A stretch of DNA of 64,000 nt from Promethearchaeota archaeon (GTDB taxonomy: Archaea; Asgardarchaeota; Lokiarchaeia; Sigyniarchaeales; SOKP01): contig JBHLLT010000001.1 of assembly GCA_048938855.1 (NCBI GenBank), forward strand, positions 288,124 through 352,123, written 5' to 3'. The position numbers and the translations under genes are program-made. The notes beneath the pieces were generated by a model. It was not told the DNA's origin, made no database searches, and worked only from the letters and a program-made list of their open reading frames with translations. Of the stretch, positions 39,925-49,327 are shown in pieces (position 1 is the stretch's first letter; each line of letters starts with the position of its first letter).

Positions 39925-41271
39925 TTAAATTTTTCTTTGATACTTATTTTCGATATCTTTTGCATATTTATAGAGTATTTCTAATTTTTCTTGCTTTAAT
40001 TCTTTTGTCTCAAATATAAGATGATTACAATCATATTTAGAAAAATTATTTTCGAATATTCTAATTTGAAAATTTTCTTTTTCCTCCCAAAGGCGTGAGC
40101 CTGGATACGGAGTTGCTACGAAGTAATTCAACTCATCTTTCTCGTCTAGTGGAAGAGATTTTATATAATCAACTGTCTCATGAAAGCTTTCTTCAGTTTC
40201 TCCAGGTAAACCTAATACAAAATATACCTGAAGGGCAATATCATTGTTTTTAAGATTTATAATACCTTCTCTTACGCGTTCAGGGTCTTGATATTTGAAA
40301 TTTGTTTTTAAGACTCCCTCATTTGCAGACTCTATTCCCGTTGCTACTAAATTACATCCTGCTTGTTTTAATAGATGCGCTTCTTCGGGGGTTATGGTAT
40401 CTACTCTTATTTCACAACCCCATGGAATTTTTATATTATTTTCAATAAACATTTTGCAGAAATTTCTGAAAAACTCTTTATTAATATTCACGTTGTCATA
40501 AAAATTGATATGGGTATAAGTTTGTAATGATCGAATATCTTTAATCTCTTTTAAAATTGAATTAATGGTCCTAATTCTTGTAGTCTTGAAAAGATTTTGT
40601 CTTGAGCAAAATGAACATTGATTAGGGCATCCTCTATTAACTATGACGTTAGCAACAGTATAATAATAGTATTCTTGAAGTAATTTATATCGGGCAGGTA
40701 AGGGTAGACTCTCTAATTCAGTAGTTTGGACAGGAGGATTGGTAATTAATTTTCCTTTTGAATCGATATAGGCAAGCCCGTTAATAGTATGTAGATGATC
40801 GTCATATTTTCTGAACTTTTGGTGTTTTAAAATCAGAGGTACCAAAAATTTAACTAACTGTAGAAAGGAATTTTCAGCTTCTCCTATGCATATAAAATCA
40901 ATTAAATTTTCAGTTTTTACATCATGTTCTAGGACTTCCTTGTAAGTAAAAGAGACATGAGGTCCGCCCAATATTATAATATTCTCCTGACTTTGATTTT
41001 TTATTATTCTTGCGATATCTAATGCTATATCAAAGGTATTTGTGAGAGAAGTAATCCCGAAGATGTGATAATCAGCTATTCTTTCATTGATTAAATCTTT
41101 CAACTCATTCTTATCAAAATCAATAAATTGTTCAAGATCGAGAATGTCTACTGGAATACCATTTTTTTCTAAAATTGCAGCTATATAAAGTAATCCCAAA
41201 TTTGGTTCTCGAAAATACTGTGTGCGAACTTCTGAAGGTTTTGAAGTTCTAGGATTAATTAGTAGAATCAT
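39925..41271 (-). CDS. Cobalamin-binding radical SAM protein
   Basis: PNLGLLYIAA, GGPHVS, GEAE, RGCPNQCSFC, PYPGS. Confidence 0.9.
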   Translation of the reverse strand: MILLINPRTSKPSEVRTQYFREPNLGLLYIAAILEKNGIPVDILDLEQFIDFDKNELKDLINERIADYHIFGITSLTNTFDIALDIARIIKNQSQENIIILGGPHVSFTYKEVLEHDVKTENLIDFICIGEAENSFLQLVKFLVPLILKHQKFRKYDDHLHTINGLAYIDSKGKLITNPPVQTTELESLPLPARYKLLQEYYYYTVANVIVNRGCPNQCSFCSRQNLFKTTRIRTINSILKEIKDIRSLQTYTHINFYDNVNINKEFFRNFCKMFIENNIKIPWGCEIRVDTITPEEAHLLKQAGCNLVATGIESANEGVLKTNFKYQDPERVREGIINLKNNDIALQVYFVLGLPGETEESFHETVDYIKSLPLDEKDELNYFVATPYPGSRLWEEKENFQIRIFENNFSKYDCNHLIFETKELKQEKLEILYKYAKDIENKYQRKI

Positions 41272-41272
41272 T

Positions 41273-42133
41273 TCAAATACTTTTATCGTTTTCTTGAGTG
41301 TCTTGCTCGTTTTCTTTGGTGTCTTGTTCGTTTTCTTTGGTGTCTTGTTCGTTCTCTTTAATTTGTTTTGATATTTGAAATGCCTTTATTAAAGATTTCA
41401 TAGAACCCGGTTTATTGAATTTGTCTTCATAGATGACTGGAATATCAATTTTAAAAACAGGAGATTTATCATCTTCATGTACAAATAATTCAATACCTTG
41501 AATCATTCTCTCTTTAATAATTAATCGTGTAGAATAATTATGATCTTGAAAAAAAGTAAAACCATTATTCAATCTTCCCAGTTTTATCGTTTTAAAGCTT
41601 GTGTTTTCTTCTTTTAAAAAAGAATCAGTAATTTCTTCATCAGTAAATATAGACCCACCTATTATCATGAATCTTCTTAATAGATTATCGGGATTCGGTA
41701 ATTCATTGACATATTCAATAGCTTTATTAATTTTCGGATTTGTAATCGAAACATCTGCCATAATATTATTAGGAGTAGGGTCTGGGAAATCTTGTTTTAC
41801 GATTGGATTAGCTCTTCCACCACCAATGGGTTTGCTAAGTAGCTCTTGAAATTCTTTATCTTCACGTGAATATAAATTTAAAGGATATACTTTATAAAAT
41901 AGTCGTAATTGCTTCCTTAACATTCCCGCTAGAATACCACCATATATTTGAAGTTTAAGAGGACTCTGAGAACCACTATATATCCAAATTCTCTTAGTAT
42001 CATGATCTACTAGTAAATATACTTTATCATTATTCTCTTCATTCAGAATATCACTTACATTCTGTCCTTCTACTATTTCTTGAGTTTCCATGTAAGGGAA
42101 TTCTGCTAATTCAAGTACTTCAAATATTTGCAT
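41273..42133 (-). CDS. Gelsolin-like domain protein with C-terminal acidic repeats
   Basis: KVYLLVDHDTKRIWIYSGSQS matches the gelsolin core pattern. Confidence 0.6.
   Translation of the reverse strand: MQIFEVLELAEFPYMETQEIVEGQNVSDILNEENNDKVYLLVDHDTKRIWIYSGSQSPLKLQIYGGILAGMLRKQLRLFYKVYPLNLYSREDKEFQELLSKPIGGGRANPIVKQDFPDPTPNNIMADVSITNPKINKAIEYVNELPNPDNLLRRFMIIGGSIFTDEEITDSFLKEENTSFKTIKLGRLNNGFTFFQDHNYSTRLIIKERMIQGIELFVHEDDKSPVFKIDIPVIYEDKFNKPGSMKSLIKAFQISKQIKENEQDTKENEQDTKENEQDTQENDKSI
41286..41358. repeat. 21-bp coding tandem repeat (about 3.5 copies) encoding ENEQDTK
   Basis: TCGTTTTCTTTGGTGTCTTGT-like units start at 41286, 41307, 41328 and (partial) 41349. Confidence 0.95.
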
Positions 42134-42269
42134 ATATGAATATCCATTAATTTCTTCTATATTTTTTATAGGTAATTCGAGAAAATAAATTTCATTATCC
42201 TTAATCAGTAAAAAAATAAAAAAAATTTAGAATTTTATAGTCAATTTCATTAAAATATTAAATTAATGT

Positions 42270-44033
42270 TTATTCCCGATAGGTTGGATACCAGTATAAG
42301 AATCTCATACAATTATATGGAAATCCTTTTAAAGAGGTAGCATGAATAAAATAGAGTTTATCATATTGTAATGGTATGTGGTAGTATTGCACATCAATAA
42401 CATATCCTTGAAGTCTCTTATATAGAATATTTCTAGCTGCTATATTTGTTTCAGTAATACATTGTTCTAAAAGATATTGTATGTATGGATCGTTAATTCT
42501 GGCATAGTTTGAAGCAGATTCATTATTTACTAACGGCTCAATCATATTAAAAGCTTCAAAATACTTAGAACCCCATCCAAGATAATAGATGTGAAGTCGA
42601 TCAGGATGATCTTTACCCATTTGGATAAATTGATCCCAAGTCAATATTTGTGCGTGAATATCGATTCCAATAAGATCCATATCCTCCGTGAACCGTTGGA
42701 TAAGAAGCTCCATGAAATGACTAGCTACATTATGGCGGAAATTCCATTGACTATTTGAAAAGTTTCCTGCACCAGCAGTTGGTACAAATTGGGCATCTTT
42801 CCAATCTTGTTCATTAGCTCCTGGAGTGAATATATCTCCAACTTGAGAGCCAACCTGCCAACCAACTCCAAAACCCATAGATTGCATAATTGTTCTGGCT
42901 TTTGGGATATCATACTTGGCTCCGTGGGTTGATGAGTTATGCGCAGGAAACCCAGGTGGCACTAATGAATTAGCTCTCACAGTCCTATGTTCCTCGATTT
43001 CTTGATTGAGGTATGTATAATTAAACGCGTGTGAAATTACCATCCTCCAAGTTCGGTTTATAATTTCAGAGTTAAATGTAATGTACCAATAGATTGAACC
43101 ATTAATATAATCATGAACCCCATCTCCAGTGAACGTGATATTGGAATTTGGCTCCACACAACTTTTTAGCCCATTAGGCCATTGACCTAACCAGTCAATA
43201 TCTAAATTAGACATAGCTTCACATAGAGCAACAGCATGTGGATAAAACATATAAACAATCTCATCCCAATAAGCACCAGTTCTCCAATATCTTTCCCACC
43301 GGGCAAATCGAACCTCAGAATTAGGAATATATCTTATTAATTTGAATGGTCCTGTACCAATAACGAGATCTTCATCAACATCTAACATTTTATTTGTAGG
43401 AGTAGAATCAGGATGGACAATTGCGCTTGCAGTATAACCAAGTAATCCTTCAACTGGGGCATAAGGGCGATTTAATTTAAGACTTACAATATAATCACCA
43501 GTAGCAAAACTTAAAGTATCATTAAATATGGGAATCCCATCACTAAATTTATATAGAGCGTGAGGGGCAGCCATGGTATATACATCAGGATCTAAGGTTC
43601 CTGTCCAATTACCAAAAAAGTTAATACGAGTAATTGTATGTAGAATACAATCTGCTGTAAAGCGTGAGCCGTCATGGAAGAATACGTTTTCTCGCAGTTT
43701 GAATTCAATGGTTGTATTATCAGGCCAATACCATGATTCAGCAAGTCGTCCAACAAGCGGAAGGTCTGGATCAGTTAAATCATACGCAATGAGGGTTTCA
43801 ACCACTTGATCGAGCATGTCTTTTGAAACGCTGTCCCAACAATCTACAGGATCCATAGTAACTGGATTAGAACTCCTTGCTACTCTCAAAATTTCTCCAG
43901 ATTCACCAGATTCAGCAGATTTACCAATAACCAGAAAAGTGAAAAGAACGTTGCCAAGACCAGAAGCTGCTAATACGACTGATAAAACAATTATTACTAA
44001 TTTTTTTTTCTCCATTTCCATTTTTATACACAT
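42270..44033 (-). CDS. ABC transporter substrate-binding protein, family 5 (peptide/nickel)
   Basis: TMDP, LAESW, LRENVFFHDGSRFTA, GTGPFKL; N-terminal TM. Confidence 0.9.
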   Translation of the reverse strand: MCIKMEMEKKKLVIIVLSVVLAASGLGNVLFTFLVIGKSAESGESGEILRVARSSNPVTMDPVDCWDSVSKDMLDQVVETLIAYDLTDPDLPLVGRLAESWYWPDNTTIEFKLRENVFFHDGSRFTADCILHTITRINFFGNWTGTLDPDVYTMAAPHALYKFSDGIPIFNDTLSFATGDYIVSLKLNRPYAPVEGLLGYTASAIVHPDSTPTNKMLDVDEDLVIGTGPFKLIRYIPNSEVRFARWERYWRTGAYWDEIVYMFYPHAVALCEAMSNLDIDWLGQWPNGLKSCVEPNSNITFTGDGVHDYINGSIYWYITFNSEIINRTWRMVISHAFNYTYLNQEIEEHRTVRANSLVPPGFPAHNSSTHGAKYDIPKARTIMQSMGFGVGWQVGSQVGDIFTPGANEQDWKDAQFVPTAGAGNFSNSQWNFRHNVASHFMELLIQRFTEDMDLIGIDIHAQILTWDQFIQMGKDHPDRLHIYYLGWGSKYFEAFNMIEPLVNNESASNYARINDPYIQYLLEQCITETNIAARNILYKRLQGYVIDVQYYHIPLQYDKLYFIHATSLKGFPYNCMRFLYWYPTYRE

Positions 44034-44075
44034 TTCTCAAATTTATTTTGTTATATTAAAATAATATATCCAATG

Positions 44076-45812
44076 TTATTCCCGGTATGTGGGATACCAA
44101 TATAAAAGTCTCATACAGTTATATGGGAATCCTTTTAAGCTGGAAGCGTGAACAGTGTAGATTTTATCATATTCTAGAGGCATATGGTATGCATATTTAT
44201 CAATAATTAAATATTGAAGTTTCTTATAGTATTTATTTCTCATTTGAGTGTCAGTTTCAGCCATAGTAAGATCTAAAAGCGCATTGATTTCTGGATTGTC
44301 TATTTCCGCTAGGTTGGAGGAAGATTCCGGGTTGACTAGTGGTTCTATCATACTAAATGTTTCAAAGTAATCTGGTCCCCATCCTACGAAAAATATATCA
44401 TATGGAGTTTCCCACCATGGATCCCACCAATCCCAACTGCTGCCACCATAGATTGTAATTCCTATGCGATCCATATCCTCAGTGAATCGTTGGATAAGAA
44501 GTTCCAAAAAATGACTAGCAACATTGCGTCGGAAATAAAAACCATCATTTGAAAAATTCCCCTGTTTTGGTACGAATTGTGCAATTGTCCACTGAAATTC
44601 ATCAGTTCCAGGAATGAATTGGTCTCCATTCATACTGCCTACATCCCATCCTACTCCATAACCCATACTTTGCATATATTGCCTTGCTTTTGGGACATCA
44701 TAGTTAGCACCTTTTACTGATGCGTTGTGTGCAGGAAATCCCGGTGGAACTAATGAGTTTGCTCTTACCATATTATCTTCTGTAATTTCATGGATTAAGT
44801 ATGAATAGTTAAAAGCATATGAAATGGCTTTTCTCCAAGTCCAATTTATATATGAAGATTTAAATGCAATATACCAATAGATTGACGCATTGATATAATC
44901 ATGAACCCCATCACCAGTTACGGTAATACCTGGATGCGCTTCAAAATCAGGCTTGAGGGAAGAGATGCCATGCCCCAAAAAATCAACCTTTCCTGCTAAC
45001 AATGCGTTGTTCGCAGTAACAGCGTCTCTATAATATACGTAGACAATTTGATCCCAAAAAGCTCCAGTTCTCCAATATCTCTCCCATCGAGCAAATCGAA
45101 TCTCTGAGGTAGGAATATATCTAATTAATTTGAAAGGGCCAGTCCCAATAACGAGATCTTTACTGATATCCAACATTTTATCTGCAGGAGTAGAATCAGG
45201 ATGAACTATTGAACTTGCCGTATAAGCAAGTAATCCTTCAACTGGTCCATAGGGCCGATTTAATTTCAGAGTTACATTATAATCATCAGTAGCATAACTT
45301 AAAGTATCATTAAAGATAGGAATTCCATCTCTAAATTTATAAAGTGAATGCGGAAAAGCCATATATACAGTATCAGGCAATGTACCAGACCAATTACCAA
45401 AATAATTAATTCTTGTAATTGTATACAAAACACAATCTGCGGTAAACCGTGAACCATCATGAAAAAACACATTTTCTCGTAGTTTGAATTCAATAGTTGT
45501 ATCATCAGGCCAATACCATGATTCTGCAAGGCGTCCTACAAGTGGAAGGTCTGGATCAGTTAAATCATACGCAATGAGAGTCTCAAGCACTTGATCAAGC
45601 ATATCATTTGATATACTATCCCATGTATCTACAGGGTCCATAGTAACTGGATTAGATGTCCTTGCTACTCTGAGAATTGCTCCAGTTTCAGTATTACGAT
45701 TAAAAATTGAAGAAAGTATCACCGCACTAAAACTGCTAAAAACGACAATATTAGCTATCAATGCAATAAAAATTGCCCAATTCAGAATTTTATTTTTGGA
45801 ATTGTCTCTCAC
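44076..45812 (-). CDS. ABC transporter substrate-binding protein, family 5; paralogue of the adjacent gene
   Basis: Same motifs; long identical peptide blocks shared with 42270..44033. Confidence 0.9.
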   Translation of the reverse strand: MRDNSKNKILNWAIFIALIANIVVFSSFSAVILSSIFNRNTETGAILRVARTSNPVTMDPVDTWDSISNDMLDQVLETLIAYDLTDPDLPLVGRLAESWYWPDDTTIEFKLRENVFFHDGSRFTADCVLYTITRINYFGNWSGTLPDTVYMAFPHSLYKFRDGIPIFNDTLSYATDDYNVTLKLNRPYGPVEGLLAYTASSIVHPDSTPADKMLDISKDLVIGTGPFKLIRYIPTSEIRFARWERYWRTGAFWDQIVYVYYRDAVTANNALLAGKVDFLGHGISSLKPDFEAHPGITVTGDGVHDYINASIYWYIAFKSSYINWTWRKAISYAFNYSYLIHEITEDNMVRANSLVPPGFPAHNASVKGANYDVPKARQYMQSMGYGVGWDVGSMNGDQFIPGTDEFQWTIAQFVPKQGNFSNDGFYFRRNVASHFLELLIQRFTEDMDRIGITIYGGSSWDWWDPWWETPYDIFFVGWGPDYFETFSMIEPLVNPESSSNLAEIDNPEINALLDLTMAETDTQMRNKYYKKLQYLIIDKYAYHMPLEYDKIYTVHASSLKGFPYNCMRLLYWYPTYRE

Positions 45813-46072
45813 AATAAGTCCTAAATGATTATTAAATAGCCAGTTAAGGTATTAAATACTGTTTGGTTTTCTCTTTATTATTGAATATTTTCTTCATAGA
45901 ACTTTTTAAATATTTGCTTATTATTTTTTATTTTTTAAAATATCCCCACTTTCATTCTATATTTATGAACTACTATTGAAACATTCTTGCTTTATCACTA
46001 TCCATAAAATTTTTATGAAAATAAACATTTTAGATGTTAATCTTGCTTTTTTAAGATTGATATTGATGCATC

Positions 46073-46471
46073 GTGAGTTCTGAAAAAATAGTCTATAAAT
46101 TGAACATTAGTGGTGGAAGTGAGGGTCCCGGTAAAGGATTATCTAAATTAATCGAGATTGATGAAAAGAAATTTCGATTTGATGGGATGAAAATCGGAGA
46201 AACTATCAAGGGAGGAGTTATCGGTTTTCCCAATTATGAATTTGAAATTACAGGAGGGAGCGATTCGAGCGGATTTCCCATGAGGAAAAGCGTTCATGGT
46301 CCTGTTAAAAAGAAGATCCTTGTATCGAAAAGAGGAATTGGGTACAAACCTCAAAGAAAGGGCCAAAAGAGGAGAAAAACAGTTCGAGGCAATGAAGTCA
46401 CTCACAATATGACTTTAATTAACCTAAAAGTTGTAAAATACGGAGAAGCCGAACTCTTTAAGAAAGAATAG
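46073..46471 (+). CDS. rps6e: 30S ribosomal protein eS6
   Basis: ITGGSDSSGFPMR, RRKTVRGN. Confidence 0.97.
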   Translation: MSSEKIVYKLNISGGSEGPGKGLSKLIEIDEKKFRFDGMKIGETIKGGVIGFPNYEFEITGGSDSSGFPMRKSVHGPVKKKILVSKRGIGYKPQRKGQKRRKTVRGNEVTHNMTLINLKVVKYGEAELFKKE

Positions 46472-46498
46472 AGTAAATATTACTAAAGATGAAAAATC

Positions 46499-46681
46499 AT
46501 GGTTAAAGTTAAAAAATGTAGTTTTTGTGGTTATGACATCCCAATTGGTAGGGGGTTAATGTATGTAAGAAGAGATGGCACAGTTCTGAATTTTTGTGCT
46601 AACAAATGTCGTAAAGCCATGCTAGACTATAAAAAAAAGGCAAGAAAAACAAGATGGACATCCTATTACGGGAAACAATAG
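46499..46681 (+). CDS. rpl24e: 50S ribosomal protein eL24
   Basis: CSFCG.DIP.GRG.MYVRRDG..FC..KC..WT. Confidence 0.97.
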   Translation: MVKVKKCSFCGYDIPIGRGLMYVRRDGTVLNFCANKCRKAMLDYKKKARKTRWTSYYGKQ

Positions 46682-46718
46682 TTGAATTCTATTTTTTTTA
46701 AAAGATATTGTCAAAAAC

Positions 46719-46919
46719 CTATTGAAGTCTAGGAAACTTCAAAAGTTCATCTATCAAATCTACATGCCCAACAATCATTCTTTTACAACAGAAGCGTTCA
46801 ATACCAAGCTCTTTGAAAGCTTTTTCTGAAGATTCACCTTTTTCTAACATTTCTAAATAAGGTTTGTACACATGAGCGATGAGCTTACCACAAGAAAAAC
46901 AACGAATAGGTATAATCAT
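46719..46919 (-). CDS. rpoN: RNA polymerase subunit Rpo10 (N)
   Basis: MIIPIRCFSCGK..RFCCKRM. Confidence 0.97.
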   Translation of the reverse strand: MIIPIRCFSCGKLIAHVYKPYLEMLEKGESSEKAFKELGIERFCCKRMIVGHVDLIDELLKFPRLQ

Positions 46920-46981
46920 AATTTTATAAAAGAAGCATTTTAAAAAAATTTTTAGTTTTTTTATATGACTCTGTATTTCTT

Positions 46982-49282
46982 TTAACGAGCATCCAAATTA
47001 ATATTCGCAGAACAATTCTTACATTGAATAGATTCTCCACCTAAGAATTTCTCAACTAAATCACTTGATATTAAAGTATAACAATATGGACAAAACTTCG
47101 ACATTACGGTAACCCTCATATCATAAAATTTTTCATCAGGTTTAATTACTTTTTCAAGAATTAATTGTTTCCTAACACGGTCGCCCACTTCAGCGAGAAA
47201 AGCGGTGATTTGTTCATCCTCATCACCAGAGACTTCTAATTCTAGCACTTTATTTTCACCATCTAACATTACGTAGGGAATTATTCTTTGCTTTTTCACT
47301 TTAGTTATCCCATAAAACCAGGCTTCACCAAATTTGTTTTCTTCATCAAATTCTTTATATACCAATTTAATATCAAATTTACCTAGTACTGACACAATCG
47401 ATGAAAAAATTGTATTTGCTTTTTCAGGATCTGCTATAGGGAAAACTTTTTTATCCCGATTTGCAAGAGAGCGAACGAGACTTTTAACTCGGGCTAAATT
47501 GGCTTCATCTTCAGTAAAAAATATTGGACATGATATTCCGATCATCTTAGGTCTCATTGGTATAGCATGAGGTTTTTCTTTTGCGTCAAAAAAACTTACC
47601 GTAACATTTACAGAACTCTCCATACAATTAACAGGTTCAAGATAGAGTGAGACTGCTTGCTTTTCATGAGGTCCTAATTTATCAAGTAGAAGACCATCTC
47701 CTTTTCTTTCATAATTAGGCTCATGCATTATCCATTTTAATGCTATAGGGAGATCAAAAGCAAGTCTTAAATTAGTAAAGGTGAAACTGGTATTATTTAT
47801 TACTCCTACCTTAAACCTCACTTGACCGCCAATAAACTCATATTCTCTGATAATGGATAAAATGCTATCTTGATCTCCATCTTTAAGAATAGTAGGTATT
47901 TTTCTTAGTCCAATATCGTCATCCCTCTTCTCTTGAATTGAGGAACGCAGAAATTGAGCATTCTTTATTTTTGTTTCTAATTTATTAAGGATATTTTTAA
48001 ATTCATCAGATTGTTCACTATTTTCCTTTATTTCAGAATATGATGCTATTATATCATTTACCAACTCAATTGCTTTAGTTGCATCCTCCCTTTGTATCTT
48101 CTTTATTTGTTTTAATTTTTTATCAATTTCTAAAATTTTGACTTCAGTTTCATGAAATTTTAATTGGTCTTTTATTTCTGAAATTCTTTGTTCCACATCT
48201 TCCACAGAATCATTAAAATTTTCTGATTTACTTAGAACTAAGCAAGCTTCATAATCATTTACAGCTAAAGTCCATACTTTTTGAGCTTGAAATAGTTTTT
48301 CTTTATTATAATAACTCAATGCCTTAAAATCAAGGATGTTTCCTCTTTTTTCATAAGCTCCAATCAAAGAGATATTGATTTCTTTTACTAAGTCATTGTT
48401 TTGCTCATTTCCAAGATTTTTAAAATATTCAACACCTTCGATCAAGAATTTTATTATTCTGTCAAGTGATTGTTTATTATATTGCAAATTCTTTTTAGAG
48501 ATCACTCTTTTCGCATAATTTAAAACATAATTCAATCGATTTTGATAAAACATTTCTTTCTCTTTTGTGGTAAGAATATATTTCTCTTTTTTTGTTGATA
48601 AAATAAAATTAAATAAAAATAGTAAATCAGCAGCAATTATCGAGAAAATAATAATAATGAATGGAGTTAGAGTAAGGTAAAACTGATGGATTCTGGTTGG
48701 ATTATTACTATCAGCTATACTTAAATATAATCCAAATACAAGTTGTATAATTATCAACATGCTTGATTCATACTTATCCATTAAGTATACAAATTTAACA
48801 TTGGGTAATCTATGAAATCGAGTATAAAATTTGGATTTTAAAGCTTCTGAAAATGTGAAAAGAGTAACTAAAATAGAAAAAACTATCCCTAAACTAATCC
48901 AAATTAGTATAAAAATATGCAGCATGAACCATATATTTCTGTATGAAGAAAATCCGGCAATCCAAGCATAGAATATTAAATTAAACCAAAATAAAGAGAA
49001 TAAGCTTATCGCCTTAACAATTCCTCTAAATTGGGTAGTTTTATTATTTAAAATATAAAAAATAATAATTGTCCAAAAAAAACATCCAAGAGATAAGAGA
49101 AAGAAACTATTAATATTTAAAAGATAATCATCAGACAAATATAACCAATTAAAAGCAAAATAGAAAAAATTAATATTCACTTCATCGAGATAAATTAATA
49201 TTTGAAAACCCCAGTAAAGGGTTCCAGCTAGAAGAATTAAAAAAAATATTAGAAATAAAAAATATCGTACTTTTTTTCGCAT
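46982..49282 (-). CDS. Polytopic membrane protein with TPR-like helices, Ig-like sandwich, alpha/beta platform and Zn ribbon
   Basis: About 6 TM; helical middle; REYEFIGGQVRFK..; AWFYGITKV; CPYC..CKNC. Confidence 0.7.
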   Translation of the reverse strand: MRKKVRYFLFLIFFLILLAGTLYWGFQILIYLDEVNINFFYFAFNWLYLSDDYLLNINSFFLLSLGCFFWTIIIFYILNNKTTQFRGIVKAISLFSLFWFNLIFYAWIAGFSSYRNIWFMLHIFILIWISLGIVFSILVTLFTFSEALKSKFYTRFHRLPNVKFVYLMDKYESSMLIIIQLVFGLYLSIADSNNPTRIHQFYLTLTPFIIIIFSIIAADLLFLFNFILSTKKEKYILTTKEKEMFYQNRLNYVLNYAKRVISKKNLQYNKQSLDRIIKFLIEGVEYFKNLGNEQNNDLVKEINISLIGAYEKRGNILDFKALSYYNKEKLFQAQKVWTLAVNDYEACLVLSKSENFNDSVEDVEQRISEIKDQLKFHETEVKILEIDKKLKQIKKIQREDATKAIELVNDIIASYSEIKENSEQSDEFKNILNKLETKIKNAQFLRSSIQEKRDDDIGLRKIPTILKDGDQDSILSIIREYEFIGGQVRFKVGVINNTSFTFTNLRLAFDLPIALKWIMHEPNYERKGDGLLLDKLGPHEKQAVSLYLEPVNCMESSVNVTVSFFDAKEKPHAIPMRPKMIGISCPIFFTEDEANLARVKSLVRSLANRDKKVFPIADPEKANTIFSSIVSVLGKFDIKLVYKEFDEENKFGEAWFYGITKVKKQRIIPYVMLDGENKVLELEVSGDEDEQITAFLAEVGDRVRKQLILEKVIKPDEKFYDMRVTVMSKFCPYCYTLISSDLVEKFLGGESIQCKNCSANINLDAR

Positions 49283-49327
49283 TTAATCCCTCAATTTTGA
49301 TTTTAAATCCTGTATTATTTATCTATT

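Noticed and set aside
41286-41358. Possible CRISPR-like repeat
   Set aside because: Head-to-tail coding repeat without spacers, and no cas genes.
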